Notes: a model not told the origin generated them from the sequence alone. Numbered from the whole stretch's first letter, positions 1 to 13,986 are shown. The stretch: DNA of 63,381 nucleotides, filler included, from Reclinomonas americana ATCC 50394 (GCA_048213135.1; 19 parts of 19 records of this genome joined end to end with filler, not necessarily neighbours in it), one strand, 5' to 3'. Numbers and translations: made by a program.

Positions 1-1772
1 ACAATGACTTCCTTCAGGTTGCCCTTGGCTCCGGGCGGCAGCAAGAACAGCAGACGACTGAGGATGCCGATTGGCAGGTCGCTCTCCTCCGAATGGTGCA
101 GCGAATCAATGACCACCGTGTACGGCTGGGTGAATTCCTCTTGCATGGTCTGCGCAGAGAAGCAAACAAACATGAGGGAACGAACATTCATCGATGAAAG
201 AAAGCATTACATACCTTGAGAACATGCAACAAGAGCACATTGAGATCATCGCGCTTGGCCTGGAATCGACGAGCAATGTAGTAGAATACAGGAGCTCCCT
301 GCCGTGTCACACCGTGTCGGTAGAACACACGCCGGTTCTCGATTTCGGAGACGTCGCGGGTCGAGTTGCGGGTCAGGACTGTGCGCATCCAACAACAATG
401 AGCTACTCAATGCACACAGGGAACAAACATAGAGTGCACACGCACATTCTTCAAAGGCAAGAGTCGTGTACGCTCCAGTCGACGAAATGCTGCTACCGCG
501 TTGCTGCCGCCTCTTCTTCTTTGGTGGCCCCAGTTCGGTCAGAATGAGCGACAGGCGCTCGACCAGACGCAAAGGTGCCTGCAAACAGTCACATCAACCT
601 TCAACCACAGGAAAGTAACAAAGAAAACCTCTGATGCTACTGTACCGCTGTCTTTTGCTGCGTGCCATCATTGGGGCCGCCGCCAGCCGGTGGAGATATT
701 AGGCCGGCAGAGACGGACAGACGTCGAGTGAGCACCGGTGGCGAAGGCGACGCAGACAGGAACGAAGTCTGCGAATCGTTGCGCGACAGAATCGCATCGA
801 CCTCCTGCGCATCATACGGAACGCGACCATGAGATCAAGCGGCGCCCAGCCCACCCCTGCGACACACCGCAACGCAACTTTCGAGTGCTCCACAATCTGT
901 CGGTGAATCACCTCGGCGTCGTCGTGCAGCTTGTCGCTCACCACCATGTTGATTCGTTGTCGCTACAGCACACCACCAACAGTGAGCAAAGCTACTCGTG
1001 GAACAAAGTGCGTCGCAACAAAATTCAGCGCACCTTGATGGCGGGTGGTGCCGAGGACAATCCGTGATTGGGTGACTGCACGAACACACGTGTGAGCAAA
1101 TCACGAACAACAGAACACGTATAAAGGAAAGAGTGCGCAACTTGGAGGGAGCCACCGGCCAGTGGATTGACGGCCATCATGAAGCCTTCTTCCTCCGACA
1201 CTGACACAGTCACAGTCTGCCGCCCGCAAGAATGAAACATGGGAATGAGGAACATCGTGCGAAGAGGGACACATGCGCAAAAAAACACACACACCGAGAT
1301 CTCGTCAAAGAAGTGCCGCGTGCGGCTCAGGTTGACAGCCAGGAACTCGTTCGCCACCATCATAAAGTCCTCCTTCTTGCCAAACATGACGCCGTTGGCC
1401 AGGTTTTGCAGGATCTTGGTGATCAGCATGAGGAATCGGCGGGCGCTGATGGAGGGGAAATCTTCACGAGAGAAAAAAAGCGGTGTGGGACGACTGAAAA
1501 GACAGGAGAACGGCATCGGGTCAACTTACCATCCAACAGTCCGTAGTTGTCAGGTGCCACGATAGCGGGGCAGAAGAAGCGCAGGAAGAGGAAACCGCCG
1601 ACCACAATGTGGCGGACCTCCTGCATCGCCACGAGTAAGTACTACATGACATGGACTCTGTTCGACAATAAAAACACGCACATGCTTGTCGACAACAGAA
1701 CCACGCGGAGCTGAGCTCGGGAACTTGTCCTCCACTGCCCGCTGCAGTTCGCAGCAAATCACCCGGAACACT
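1..1772 (-). CDS. NF1: Neurofibromin (NF1)-like RasGAP, multi-exon fragment: end of GAP domain and Sec14/CRAL-TRIO-like domain; truncated both sides
   Basis: Minus-strand exons give VGGFLFLRFFCPAIVAP (RasGAP FLR signature), LMLITKILQNLANGVMFGKKEDFM, LSLILTELGPP..LAFEE, VFYRHGVTRQGAPVFYYIARRF and QPYTVVIDSLH, in NF1 order and separated by short GT-AG introns. Confidence 0.9.
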
Positions 1773-1840
1773 CTGCACCGCAGGTGATGATGTGTGAGCA
1801 AGAAAAATAACAAACTGGCACCAATACAGCAGTCACGAAA

Positions 1841-1940
1841 NNNNNNNNNNNNNNNNNNNNNNNNNNNNNNNNNNNNNNNNNNNNTTAATTAATTAANNNN
1901 NNNNNNNNNNNNNNNNNNNNNNNNNNNNNNNNNNNNNNNN
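1841..1940. other. Artificial contig linker N44-TTAATTAATTAA-N44 (first of 18)
   Basis: Identical 100-nt spacers start at 1841, 6820, 10968, 13823, 16812, 18793, 22522, 23891, 26283, 28658, 31776, 34328, 40418, 41845, 45881, 49408, 59089 and 61227. The core gives stops in all six frames. Confidence 0.98.
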
Positions 1941-1986
1941 GCGGGGTGACGAAAGGAGGGAGAAAAGATGCAGACGACGACGCAAC

Positions 1987-4900
1987 ATGTCGAAGTCACT
2001 TCACGTGCGATAAAGACTTTGAGCAGCTGGATTGCCTCATCAACAAAGTGGCAGATGCGCATGACGCTGATGCACACTGCAGGAGATGGACAAGGGATGG
2101 ATGAAAATCAGCAAGTGTAGGGCTCGGTATGCGTACGTGGGGTCGCAACTTTCGTCTGCATCGTTGATGCTGACACACTCGGCCAGTGCAAACACCAGCG
2201 CATATTCGCTGTCCAGCATGAGTTCCACAAACTTGCCGTACTTGGACTCTTCCACGGTGGCGGCCTCCTCCACCGCATCGTAGCCCACACTTCCCTCTTG
2301 CAAGGCAGTCGTCAGCACATCCAAAAATGCCGTTCGCGTCTGCTCGTCGCCGTAGTACGCCATCTTCATAAAGTCGACGAGCGCATGCGCAATGTTGCTC
2401 TTCAGCAGATTGGTGAGCGCTTGTACCGTCGCCTCGCGCAGATTTCTCATCGAGTCCATCTGCGTGAGAGAGATAGAGAGACAAAAAAGGATGAGACCGA
2501 TGATCAACAAGGCACTGCGAGTCACTGGTGAACCAGACCTCCTCCTTGGCACGACTCAGGTAGCGCGACAGGAAAGTGAAATACTTGAAGAACTCAGTGG
2601 AGGTGACACCACGGCTGTCGCCCTCGCCTGCACCCCCTGCACCGTACACGCGCACACGGCGGTCAGACACACTAACTGTGCTCATTTTCGCATGGGTGTG
2701 TGACAAACCAACGCGACGCGCTGCGGCAGTCGACGACCCCGATGAAGTCCCGAGAATTGTGTCGACACCGACGCCGTGCTCGGAGGGTGGCTTGAAGAAC
2801 TTGTGACCGTACAGCAGCGCACTGATCGCACGCATACACGACACATCGAGTTCCTCCAGCAGTCGCACCTGCTGGCCTTCTTCACTGGCTACGTCGTCGC
2901 CACTGGAGGCCGCGGTCACCTGAGAGCGCTGCAGTTGCGCTCTCTGCCATCGCGTGTGAGAAGACGGAGCGCGGTAAACAACAAGTATAAGTGTGTGCGC
3001 AACTCTGTGGAAATCCAGAGTCCATTCAGCGATTTGCTGCAGCAGCGTGTTGCGGAATTGGTGTTGACCAGACATGTTGACAACAACGTCGTCCTTGGCT
3101 CGCAACAGCAGCTGCACATGAGGATACCATGAGCACACAACAACATACACGCACACGAGCGAGAGCGACACACCTCCACCAGTGCACAAAAATCACGCTT
3201 CATGCGCACTGTGGCCTTGTTGACGACCGTCTGCGACGTGAAGCGCGCCAGCAACAGCACCAGTTGATCCATGTCGGGCAGAGCTTCGATCTCTCCATTC
3301 TACAGTGCACGAGGTCAGCGTCGCCAGAGAGCGTGAGGCGTGAGAAAAACGCGCGACTCACATCGGCACGCTCCAGAATCTGCTTGATGATGGAAATCAC
3401 TTCGCCCACAAACAGCGACTTTTCGTCGGTCAAAATCAACTCGCCGGCCGAGCCCCAAAAGCCCTGCAGCTGCGTCTGAATCTCGCTGAAAAGATGCGCT
3501 GCGCGGGTGGGTGGTCAACAACAAAACGTGAGCAACGAACAATAGAGAGGGGAGGGGGACAACAGTGGAGGTACAACAAACGCAACGAAGCAGCGACGAG
3601 TTGAAATCGGCGGCAATGTGATAGCGCGTGGTGTCTTGGATCATGTAGTCGGGGAAGGTGAGCAGACGGAAGAGTGCGCGGAACACCTCATCCAAGAAGG
3701 ACATGGCCTCCCGCGTTTCGCTTCGTCCATCACGACCTGGGCGGGCACGAGTGCAACCGCGGGTGAGCGCAAGTAGCCATTATTAAAGACACAAAAGCGA
3801 CCAACCTTCCTTGCCGAAGCGAGACAGATTGACGCCGCCGAGAGCACACACAAAGCTCATGTACTTGCGCCATGTGGCTGTCACCTGTTGCCCAAGGGGG
3901 ATGAGTCGGGACACACGACTATCAATCTCTAATGTCCTGTATGGCTCACCAGTTGGGATCTCTGCGCTTCATCGGCTTCCTCCAGACGCACAACAGATGC
4001 GCGACGAGACAGCGAATCAACCTACCGACGTCGACGTAAATAGCCAACTACTCTCACGTATGCAGGTGCGTGCCAAACAGACCCGCTCTCGCGAACGTGC
4101 ACTTGCTCGCGACGCGCGATCCGTCATCATGTCTGTCGTCAATTTCCAGCGCAGGTAGATCTCACAAAACGCACTGAAGCTCCTGTTGGGTGGGGGACGC
4201 ATCACAAGATGAGCTCCAACAAAGCAAATACACCGTCGCCTAACGGGTACGTCGACAAACCCTTGCGAGAAGCGATCCATGTGCTGCACAGCCCGTCGAA
4301 TTTCGGCTTCTTGGTCAGCCAGGTCTGCACAGGGCATAGGTGTTGCGGTGTTACACTCGGTATCCACATTGCGTTCTTCACGGACGCATGCACGAAACTG
4401 CCGGTATTGCGAATCACCCTTGCAACGTCGTGATACACACCAAAGTTGACCACAAACCCAGACGAGATGTTCTCCAGCTCCGCCAGAATCTCCACTTGAT
4501 CGCAGCACAGACCGATGCATTGAGCAGCCTGGCCAACACACACAAACCGTCGTACTCGTGTGAGTCGTGTGAAGAGACTATTGTGTCAAGGGCACACGCA
4601 CGCACCCGTGCCCACAGCGGCTCCTCAATGCGTGACAACATCACCAACAGCGACGCCTCAATGGCCTCGTTGGCCTGCATCCGCTTCCGCCCACCCACCA
4701 TCTCCGCCGTGAAAATATCCTACCACAATCCAGTAACTGTTTAGCCAGCTAGCTCATATGCAACATGCAAGGCTCCACTCATTCTGCGCACCTTGTACAG
4801 CATGTAAAAGCGGTTCTGCTCCTGCAGCAAGTCCTTCAGCAGTTCAAGCACCGCGATCGACTCGTCGGTGACCAGGTAGCGGCTGCACGCCGACAGTACC

Positions 4901-6757
4901 AGACAACTGCATCGCGTGTCCCACGATGAGTGCAACAAGACAAACAGACACACAGACGAACGACTCACAAGTTGTCGATGAATATCTTGGCGGTCACGTC
5001 GCTCGGCTGCAACATGTTGGTCGCCGGGCCAAAGTGCCTCTCATTGGCGACATCGGGAGTCACCGGTGTCGCTGGCTCGCCAGCAGCAGCATCACCAGAG
5101 CCACTGGCCGCCGACACCTCACCAGCACCGTCGGCAGGCGGAGACGATGATTCCTGACTGCCCGGCTCTACAAAACGTGCCCACCGACACACCCACTCGA
5201 GGCGGAAGAGCTGCCGGAGTGCAGCGCATGCTGTGCGGCGCAACGCATTCCACGTGTTATCCTTTTGGAAGCGCTCTGCGCCGTCGCCACTTGACGACTC
5301 ACTGCAGTCACAATGAGCGGCGAACAACACACAGCGACACGAGAACGGGAATAGCGGCACACACACGCAACGTAGATCCACTGCCACTCGACTCGGCACC
5401 ACTGGACGAGGGCGACGAGTGCGAGTGCGACGGATGGCGACCGGACACGGCGAGTCCCGGAGCCGTCGCGCCCATGAGGATGGACTGCACGTTGGAGGCA
5501 CCGGCACGACTCGCCATCGTGGAGGCCACCGACGAACCGGAGCCCTTCCGTGCGGGAACAATGCTAGACGAGTTCGACACGGGACCACCGGCCACGGTCT
5601 GCAAACAGCAAGGGATACCAACACAAAAATCGTCGTCAGCAACCTCGGCGCACCGGCACAACGAGATGGTTTTCTTCGCACCGGATTCAAGCAACGGCAA
5701 ATGTTTCGGAACAGCAACGACAATGACGCTCCTTCGTCGTTTGGATCCTGCGATGCAACCTCACTCTCTCAGCGCCTCATTACAGTTATCAAATCAAAAA
5801 AAGAGCGCACTCAACATCCAGAACGAGCTCCGGATTGGTGGTCACCAGGAAGAGCAAACCAGCAATGTTGTCGATAAGTTGCGACTGCGCAGACGCATTC
5901 GTCTCCGTCTCCAGTTTGTTCAACAGCTCCTGCAAGACCGACCAGCCCCTCCAGCGCGTGAGTGTCGAAAGCGAGCAAACCCATTCGCGAATTATCAGCA
6001 GCACCTGCAAAAGATTGCGCAGCGACTTGGCCACGAAGCGGTACGTAATGTCCAGTCTCGGCCACCACGGGTATCGTGTCTCCTCCGTCGACAGAATGCG
6101 CAGCGAGGTGATCAAGGCCGATTTGAGGGCCATGTCCGCCGAGTCCGCCATGCACAGCGGGAACACGTAGGAGGTCACATGACGTGGATTCAGACGGAAC
6201 AAGCTGACAATCAGCTCCACCATGACACGCGGATCCACTGTGCCCGGTGGCGACGACAGAACTTTTTCCTGTGTTGGAGAGTGGGTGAGTAAGAGTGAGG
6301 CTGTGCGCGAGACGGCGTGCAGGAGAACGCACAAGGAGTGGATTCTGCACATCGGGCACCAACAGTCGGAGTGCCGACACGTCCGTCTTCGACCCGAACG
6401 TGGAGACACGGAATAGATCGACGTAGGCGCGCACAGCGAGCTCCGTGCGCGCACGATCACGCGACGTGAGCGACTGGCGAAGATCGGTGAAGAAGTCCAC
6501 CTGCAGTGCGCGCCGTTGATCAGTAGAAAGAGAGAGAGAGAGAGAGAAGGGGACAGCGAGAGAAAGAGACTCAACAAACAGCTGATTGGCGCCACTCGTT
6601 CCTGACGTCTTGAGCGCGAGAACCACGTGCGAGAGAATGTCGGGACAGAGGACCAGCAGCATGGTCTGTAGCGGGTAGGTGACTTGTTTCCGGGACCGAC
6701 TGGACGATTTGTCACGCAGAAAGTGCACAAGACCCTCAAAGATAATCTCCGGGTCAC
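1987..6757 (-). CDS. NF1: Neurofibromin (NF1)-like protein, multi-exon N-terminal/central fragment; same gene as 1-1772
   Basis: Exons encode YPLQTMLLVLCPDIL, AVRAYVDLFRVSTF, WRKYMSFVCALGGVNL, QFRNTLLQQIAEW, EFFKYFTFL and LREATVQALTNLLKSNI..YYGDEQTRTAFLDVLTTALQEG. These match NF1 blocks upstream of the GAP domain, collinear with the next contig on the minus strand. Confidence 0.88.
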
Positions 6758-7968
6758 CTGCAGTCGTCGCACACGGTCACAAAAAGAAACACACAAGCCA
6801 CAACAGCAACACTCGCAAANNNNNNNNNNNNNNNNNNNNNNNNNNNNNNNNNNNNNNNNNNNNTTAATTAATTAANNNNNNNNNNNNNNNNNNNNNNNNN
6901 NNNNNNNNNNNNNNNNNNNCCGCTGCGCCCTTTGTCGGTACGCGCAACACGTACCTGTCCTCTTCTTCGCCTCCTCCTCCTCCTCCTCGTTCTCTCATGC
7001 GCGCCACAGCCGACATTATGTTCCTCACACGATCGCTGGTCGGCGATCACACCGCGCCGGTGCCGATGTGGTGGATCGACCTGTTTGGCGGTGTCTCCGC
7101 CGTCTGCGGCGTCGTCCTCATCGCTCGCCACTATGACATTCGCGTGCCTCCAGCCACCAGCCCCTGTCCACCCACCACGAATCCACTACCTCCCGTCACA
7201 CCCGCGCGCTCCGTGCTCACATTAGCCGTGGCGCTGCTGCAAAAGTGGTAGTGGCGAAGGAAACATAATGTACGATGATAATGTCTATAGTTCACTTGCT
7301 CGGCGATGACGACGACGACCACGACTGTCGCGCAATGGTGGCCAGCTGCGACATCCCGTGCAGAAGAGCACGCACTCGACTCTTGCACCGGTGCTGCCCG
7401 TCATGATTGTCATCGCCACACTGCGCGTGCGCATGTGCGTCAGCAAGCAGCACACTCCGCGGAGATGATGGTTGATGATGATGAGACGAAGAGAGACGCA
7501 ACTCTTCTCTTCTCTTCTATCGGTCCGCCGGCGCTGGACCCCGAGCGCTTCCCGGTGGCGTCTGTGGCTTCCATTCGGGATCAAGCGGCTTGCTCAACAG
7601 AATCTGGCGGAGAGTCAGTGCCATATAAATTCCTCTCACTCACTCACTCGTGAGCGTCCTTTCGCAACTTCTCTTCTCCGCTGTGGCGCGAGACGCGACA
7701 GACCAGCAGTGGCCACCAATGAAACCACGACAAAGCCAACAAATCCTGCAACAATGACTCGCCCCGCGCGCGACGACATAAAATGGTAACCCGACTTTTG
7801 CGAGAAAATAAGTCGCCGCAAGTCGCCGCTCAGAAGGAATACGCGATGACACCGGGGTGTAGTGGGGGTGCAGAAAGGGTTACCTCCAGTGGCGAGGAAT
7901 TTCCATGTTGTTGGTGACGGTGACCCGTATTCTTTGGTTTTTCGCGCGCATTCTTGGCAACGCAACAC

Positions 7969-10945
7969 ATGGCGGCAGCGGCGGCACCATCAGCAGCGTC
8001 TAATGCGTACCCGCACGGCAGTTTGCTCACGCGGGCGGCACCGCTGTCATCGCCCATGAGCTCGCAACCGCATCGACATCAGGCGAAAGTGGCGTCACCG
8101 CTCGTGCTCTCCTCGTCGTCGGCGTCGTCGCTGTTGTCGTCTGGAGGTGGGCATGCGAGTGCGGCGGCGGCTGCGGCGGCTGCGGCAGCGGGAGAGGGCG
8201 CAGTGGATGAGTTTGAGCGTCGCTTGCCGGTGTGGTTGCGGCAGGCGGATCGCGAGGATCGCATTGAGCGGCTGACCATTCGTGTCAGGCGACAGGCTGC
8301 TGGTGAGTCGATCCGCTCGCCACCTGCGGCCACCAGACGCTGACCTATGTGTGTGTGCGTGCAGGCTCGTATGCGCAGACGGTGTTGAACATGCAGATCA
8401 CCAACGACGACGATCCCTACATTGTGTACTTGTTGGCGCTCAGTGAGGAGGAGTTCAAGGTGTTGAAGGCGCAGCAGAGTCTGCTGGTCGAGTTTCATCG
8501 GTTCCCCGCCAACTTTCTCGAGCTGATCGAGTCGTGTGTGCGATCGGATGCTCAGGAGCAGCCGAGGTTTGTTTGTTTAATTTCGGTGAATGACTCTTGC
8601 CGTGGACGTGGCTGACCCCGCGCGCGCAGATTCCAGGCGCTACTGCTGCTCGACGCGCAGAAAGTGACCCTGCGTATCATTGAGAGCAATCAGTTCAAGC
8701 ATCTGGATCACCTCATCCTCAACTTTCGCCACGGCAACGATGCAGCGATTCAGGCGCACATGGCCGAGCAGCTGGCGTACTTCAAAAATCAGTATCTCAA
8801 CACGCACCAGGAGCTGGAGACGCTGGACAATGGATCGTCGTCGCGCATTCACACGCTGGAGGCGGAGCTGCGTGAGGCGCGAGACAGATTAGATCGCATT
8901 CTGCGTGATCACGAGCAGGTGTGTGTCTCGGTCGCACCGATGCCCGCTCTCTGCAGTCACTAAGAATGGGTGTGCGTGCAGGAAACGGCTGAGACGAGGA
9001 CACAGCACGCCGCCGAGGTCAACTCGCTTCGCGCAGACGCGCTGCGACAGTTGACCGACGCGCAGGCGTCGGCCAAGCAGGAACGCGAGGACATGCAGCG
9101 ACGATTCAGTGAGGAGGCCGGTCGGCTGCGCCATGATCTCGAGGGCGTGCGCACCACCAAGCAGGAGCTGTACACGGCAAATGTGGATCTGGAGGCTCGG
9201 TGTCGTGAACTCGGCGCCAAGCTGGATGTGTCGGAACGGTGTGTGCCGAATAGGAGTGTGTCGTTTTTCTTTTTCTCCCCACACACACTTAATCATGCGC
9301 GCCGCGGTAGTGAGGTGGAAGACAACCGCGCCAGCATTGCCAAGCTGCGCAGCCAGAACACCAGTCTCGACACCCTGCGGCACGAGCACGAAAAGACGAT
9401 TGGCGAATTGCGCGTGCGAGGTTTGTGTGTGTGTGCGCTTGTACTCTTGAGGTGCATGTGGTCACTCACGATGCACGTGTGCGCGACAGTGAGTGCGCTG
9501 GAGCAGCAGGTGCTCGACAAGGAGGACTTGGTGGTGAAGACCGCGGCACTGTCGCGTCAGACAGACGAGCAAAAGTCGACGCTGGAGGAGACCATAGTGA
9601 TGCTGCGCACGAATGTGCACGCGTTGGAGGAGAAGCTGCGCGAGTCGTCGAACGAGATCCGCCGTGGCAACGACATTATCCAGAAGCTGCAGGCGGAGCT
9701 GCGCGCACGCCGTGACAAGATCACGCTGAAGAAGACCGTGATTGAGCGGCAGGAGAGCCAGATTGACGACTTGAAGGCACAACACGCCAGTCTCGCGCAG
9801 CAGCTGGACTCGCTGAAGCAAGCGTCCAGCTGGAAGGACCGCGACATTGAGAAGCTGCAAGACGAGCTCACCATGCGCACCAACCTGCTCAAGGAGGCCG
9901 AGGAGCGGTTGACGCAGTCGGAGCAAGGTGTGTATTGTTGGGGAGAAGGTAGAGAGGGGGCCATGGGTGATTTTGCTGACGCGAGACGCGTGATGTGCAG
10001 CGCTGCAACACTTGAGCCGACAACAGAACAAGCACATGATCACCACACGCGAATTCACCATGGAGCAGTCACATGATACGGTGGGTGTGCGTGCATTGGT
10101 TTGACGTTGTGCTCGACACTCGCACTCACCCACGCACTGCAGACGCACGTGCCACGCACCAAATTTGGTGGCAGCTCGGGAGCGCTCACGGCATCCGCCT
10201 CCGCCACTCACAAGAGCGTCTCGTATGCGGGCATCGGTGGTGGTGGCAGCAGCAGTGGCGGCAGCAGTGGCACCCTCGGCAGTCATGCGGGCACTCCCAG
10301 CGTCTCCCTTATCAGCAAGCGTTCTGACATTGGTGAGAGTGACGCGTGTGTGGCATGTATGTGTGTGTGCAATCAGGTGGCGCTGAACAGCAGCCATGTC
10401 GCGTAGGCACTTCGGATATGAGCGTTTTGCGTGCCGGCTCGTCGAGCAACTACCGTGGATTCGACTCTGCCTCGAAACCACCGGTGTGTTTGGCAGTGAC
10501 TCGTCGAAGCATGTGTGTGTGTGTGTGTGTGTGTGTACGTGTGTGTCGCTCACTCTCTATCGTGCGGACGTAACAGGGCGCACCATTCGGGGCACTGGCG
10601 TCGGCCACTGACGACACTCGTCCGTCGAGTTACTTCCAGGGCGCCGTCGATCATCCGCACCGCGAGTCCTCCCTGTCGCCACCGCAGGAAGCGACCCAGC
10701 TTAGGTTCGGTGCCGGCGCAGCACGCGACGCACCCGCTCCGTCCATGTCGCCATGGGATGGTGCCGCTGCGGCGGCCTCACATCGAGGGCGTGACAGCGA
10801 GAGTGCATCGAGCGGTAGCAGCAGCAGTACACAGCAGTTCACACGGCAGTACCTGAGTCAGTTGCAACCGCGTGGCACGTCGACCGATCAGGCGCCGCAA
10901 GCACCGCCACCTTCACAGCCGCTCTTTTCACCGGCGGGCACTTGA
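7969..10945 (+). CDS. SAS6: Centriolar cartwheel protein SAS-6 (multi-exon)
   Basis: Head-domain motifs ITNDDDPYIVYLLALSEEEFKVLKAQQSLLVEFHRFPANFLELIESC and LRIIESNQFKHLDHLILNFRHGND, then a long coiled coil including EIRRGNDIIQKLQ..KITLKKTVIERQE. First intron 8303-8364 (GTGAGT..GCTGAC..CAG). The 3' end is less certain. Confidence 0.9.
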
Positions 10946-11824
10946 AGCTGCGCGCCTTTACATATTTNNNNNNNNNNNNNNNNNNNNNNNNNNNNNNNNN
11001 NNNNNNNNNNNTTAATTAATTAANNNNNNNNNNNNNNNNNNNNNNNNNNNNNNNNNNNNNNNNNNNNGAACAGCACAAGGGACAAGGAACAACAGACACA
11101 GGGGGTGAGGGGGGCGACTGAGACAGAGAAGGGAAGGAGGGCGAAGGAAGGGGGGGGGGGGAGAAACGACAGCGAGAAGAGAGGGGCGAGGAAGGCGAAT
11201 TTGTGAAGAAAACTGGGAGAGAGAAGCACGGAGAGAAAGAAGTACCAGACAAGAATCGGATGCGCGCGCCCGCGCACACCTGGACATACACAAACACACA
11301 CACGCACCTGATGTTACATCCACCCAGTCAAATGCCGTCACGTGAATCCTACCGACCAAGAGGCGGGAGAGGACTGCCATTTGGGGATGATTATGCTATC
11401 GAGAGAACAAAATGGGGAAAAAGGTCAGCGAACGCGAACCCACCGCTCTCTCTCGCTGTCTGCTCACTCCACAAACAGGACTCGAGAGAGGAGATGGTGT
11501 ATAGTGCCAAGCAAAAGCACAGAGGACGGGCGATCGAACGCAAGATGCGGCAAGGAAAAGCAGCCGGGTGCACCCACACGCTCATGACAGAGAGAACAAA
11601 ATGTGCGAATAACGTAACAACAACAAGATGCTTCATGCGCACTCGCATCTGCCTCACGCAAAAAGGCACACTCACTCCACTCACTCCCTCTCTCGCTGTG
11701 CATATAGCAACAGTGCGTGTACATGTCTCATCTCACACGCACACACAGCTCAATAGGAAAGAAAAGGCAATCATTCGGCTCGCACAAACAGCACACACAC
11801 ACGCTCGCGCACACTTGCGCAAGT

Positions 11825-11828
<4 letters not shown>

Positions 11829-11866
<38 letters not shown>
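11829..11866. repeat. (CA)n microsatellite in a low-complexity non-coding region
   Basis: Direct CA run. The surrounding 11068-12250 is AG/CA-rich with no credible ORF. Confidence 0.85.
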
Positions 11867-11867
<1 letters not shown>

Positions 11868-12113
11868 CTGGCTACACATACAGAAAACACACTGATGCAT
11901 TGCGTGCTGCGATGAGCCCGCACACACATATAATGGCATATTATGATACACAACAACAACAACAAAAAGGTGCGCACGCGACTCACCCTGTATGTTCACA
12001 CCGGAAAGAAAACAGAGAGAAAGAAAAAAGGAGAGACGCGCTACGCGTGTGCACACAGTGTATCATCCCACAAAGCCAACGTAGGGAGCGTCAAGATTGC
12101 ACGCTTTTCGCAA

Positions 12114-12843
12114 TCAGCAAACCCAACATTGCCGGTGGACTGCATCAGGCTGCTCTCTCTCTCTCCCTCTCGCTCTCTCCACGCTCACACACATGCACAC
12201 GTACACACTCACCAATGGAATTGCCGCATGCATGCCCAACACAAACAAGCCGACGCTGAATCCATAGCCATCTCCAGAGCTGCAGCGTGCGGCAGACTCC
12301 CCGTCCCGCGCCACCGGTGATCCCATCGTCCCTCCCTCATCCATGCCCTCTCCACGAACACTTATCCTTGCAGTTGACGACAGCGAATCCACGCGCGCAG
12401 ATGCTGCATCTTTCCTGGGGTCGCTCTCGTCGTCATCGTCGACTAGCATCGCACACACTGCTGTTGCTGCGCTGCCGCCACCGCTCTCGTCGTCCATCAT
12501 GGAGACTGACTCGTTGGGGATGGAGGGCCGCAGAGGCGGCGAGGGGCGGTGGGTCTCTGAGGCGATGTGCTCGTAGTGGATGCCGCACTCGCCAGTGCCT
12601 GCCGCGTGTGCCGCAAGCGCGGCGAGGTTGACGTCCCCGGGTTGTATCTCATCTGTGCGCGCATGTGTGTGAGAGTGTGTGAGAGGAGAGTGTGCGTGGT
12701 GTTTCTGGGCACTCACCAAGTGCGGCACGAACTCTGGCGAGCACGGCGGCAGAGGGGTAGCCGTGCAGCTCGGGCAGCACCGCTCGCAGCACTGCGAGCA
12801 GTGCGCGCATGCGGGCGCTCAGCCGCTCTTCTGGCTGGTTCAT
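12114..12843 (-). CDS. Hypothetical eukaryotic protein (two putative exons)
   Basis: MNQPEERLSARMRALLAVLRAVLPELHG.. joins in frame via a GTGAGT..CAG intron (12653-12716) to DEIQPGDVNLAALAAHAAG.. No recognisable domain. Confidence 0.35.
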
Positions 12844-13986
12844 GTTGGCCTGCTCGGCGTGCGTGTGTGTGCGGTTCTTGATCGGTCGCTGGGTGAATCA
12901 AATCGACGACGCCGCGCATCTTCGTGATTGATGCCGTATTGCTTGTAGAATTTGATTTCCTAATGTGGAGCCGCTTCAGCGTCGTCTGCTTGCGTGCGCT
13001 GCAGGGGCTCATTGTGTAGCCCACAGAACGAGCTGCAGAGTGCTGTTTGTGAATCAGCGCGGCGACCTTCCGCGGGGGAGAATCACGCATGTGACCGGAC
13101 GTCGACGTTACATTTTGTTGTCGTCGTGCCGACCCCTTTGACCGAAGCGCTGATGTTGTGCCAGAGGTCATCTGGTAGGCGCTTTGCTGGGCTACTGTGT
13201 AAATTCAGAAAAAGCAATGTAGGCGTTCTCAGAAGACCAGGAGGGGTGATGCATGAATCTGATCATGACTTCGCGCCAATGAAAGACGTGCTGCGAGTGG
13301 ACGGTGTGTGGGACCACCACTCTCCGTGTTGACTGTTCCTCGTCGTGGGCGATCATGCCATGTGCATCGGCATGCATGGCTCGTCGACGCATACGTCTCC
13401 TGTTTTCGAAAAACTGGAGCCATCAAATGCATCGCGTCGTGCTCGGGAGGACCTCAGAAAACTCTGAGTGTCTATGAGTGGCTCAATCACGCTGTAATAC
13501 GCCGTGGCAGATATCGCAGTTCTCGATGTGTTCAAGAAGGGGCATGTGGTGAATGCAGTGTTGTTTTCTCCTCGATCGCGAGCGAATTCGAACGCAAGAA
13601 AACCAAGCGAGCTGCCGTTCAAGACAGGCGCTTGCGTTCATAACGTTGGACTTGGTCATCCTGCTTGCAAGGTGGTGAATAATAAATAAGAACTTTCACT
13701 GATCCATACACCAAAAACAAATGAATTGTCGTTGGTGTTGAAAAACAAAACACACACATACACACCAGCGTCGGCGCTTGTCAGCTGCGCGATGCATGCA
13801 GCGTAGGGCCACGGCCGGTGCCNNNNNNNNNNNNNNNNNNNNNNNNNNNNNNNNNNNNNNNNNNNNTTAATTAATTAANNNNNNNNNNNNNNNNNNNNNN
13901 NNNNNNNNNNNNNNNNNNNNNNTGTGTGGGCATGCAAAAAAGACAACTCTGTCTGTGTGCTCGGGTTCGAGCTCACACTCGCGCAG

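Noticed and set aside
1885..1896. Recurrent TTAATTAATTAA as a biological repeat or binding site
   Set aside because: Always centred in N44 padding; it is a six-frame-stop linker.
6920..7620. Possible 5' exons of NF1 on the minus strand, head-to-head with SAS-6
   Set aside because: Splice-like signals exist, but I could not obtain a translation resembling the NF1 N-terminus.
12950..13700. Possible decayed transposon or gene in short broken ORFs
   Set aside because: No recognisable motif, terminal repeat or consistent frame.
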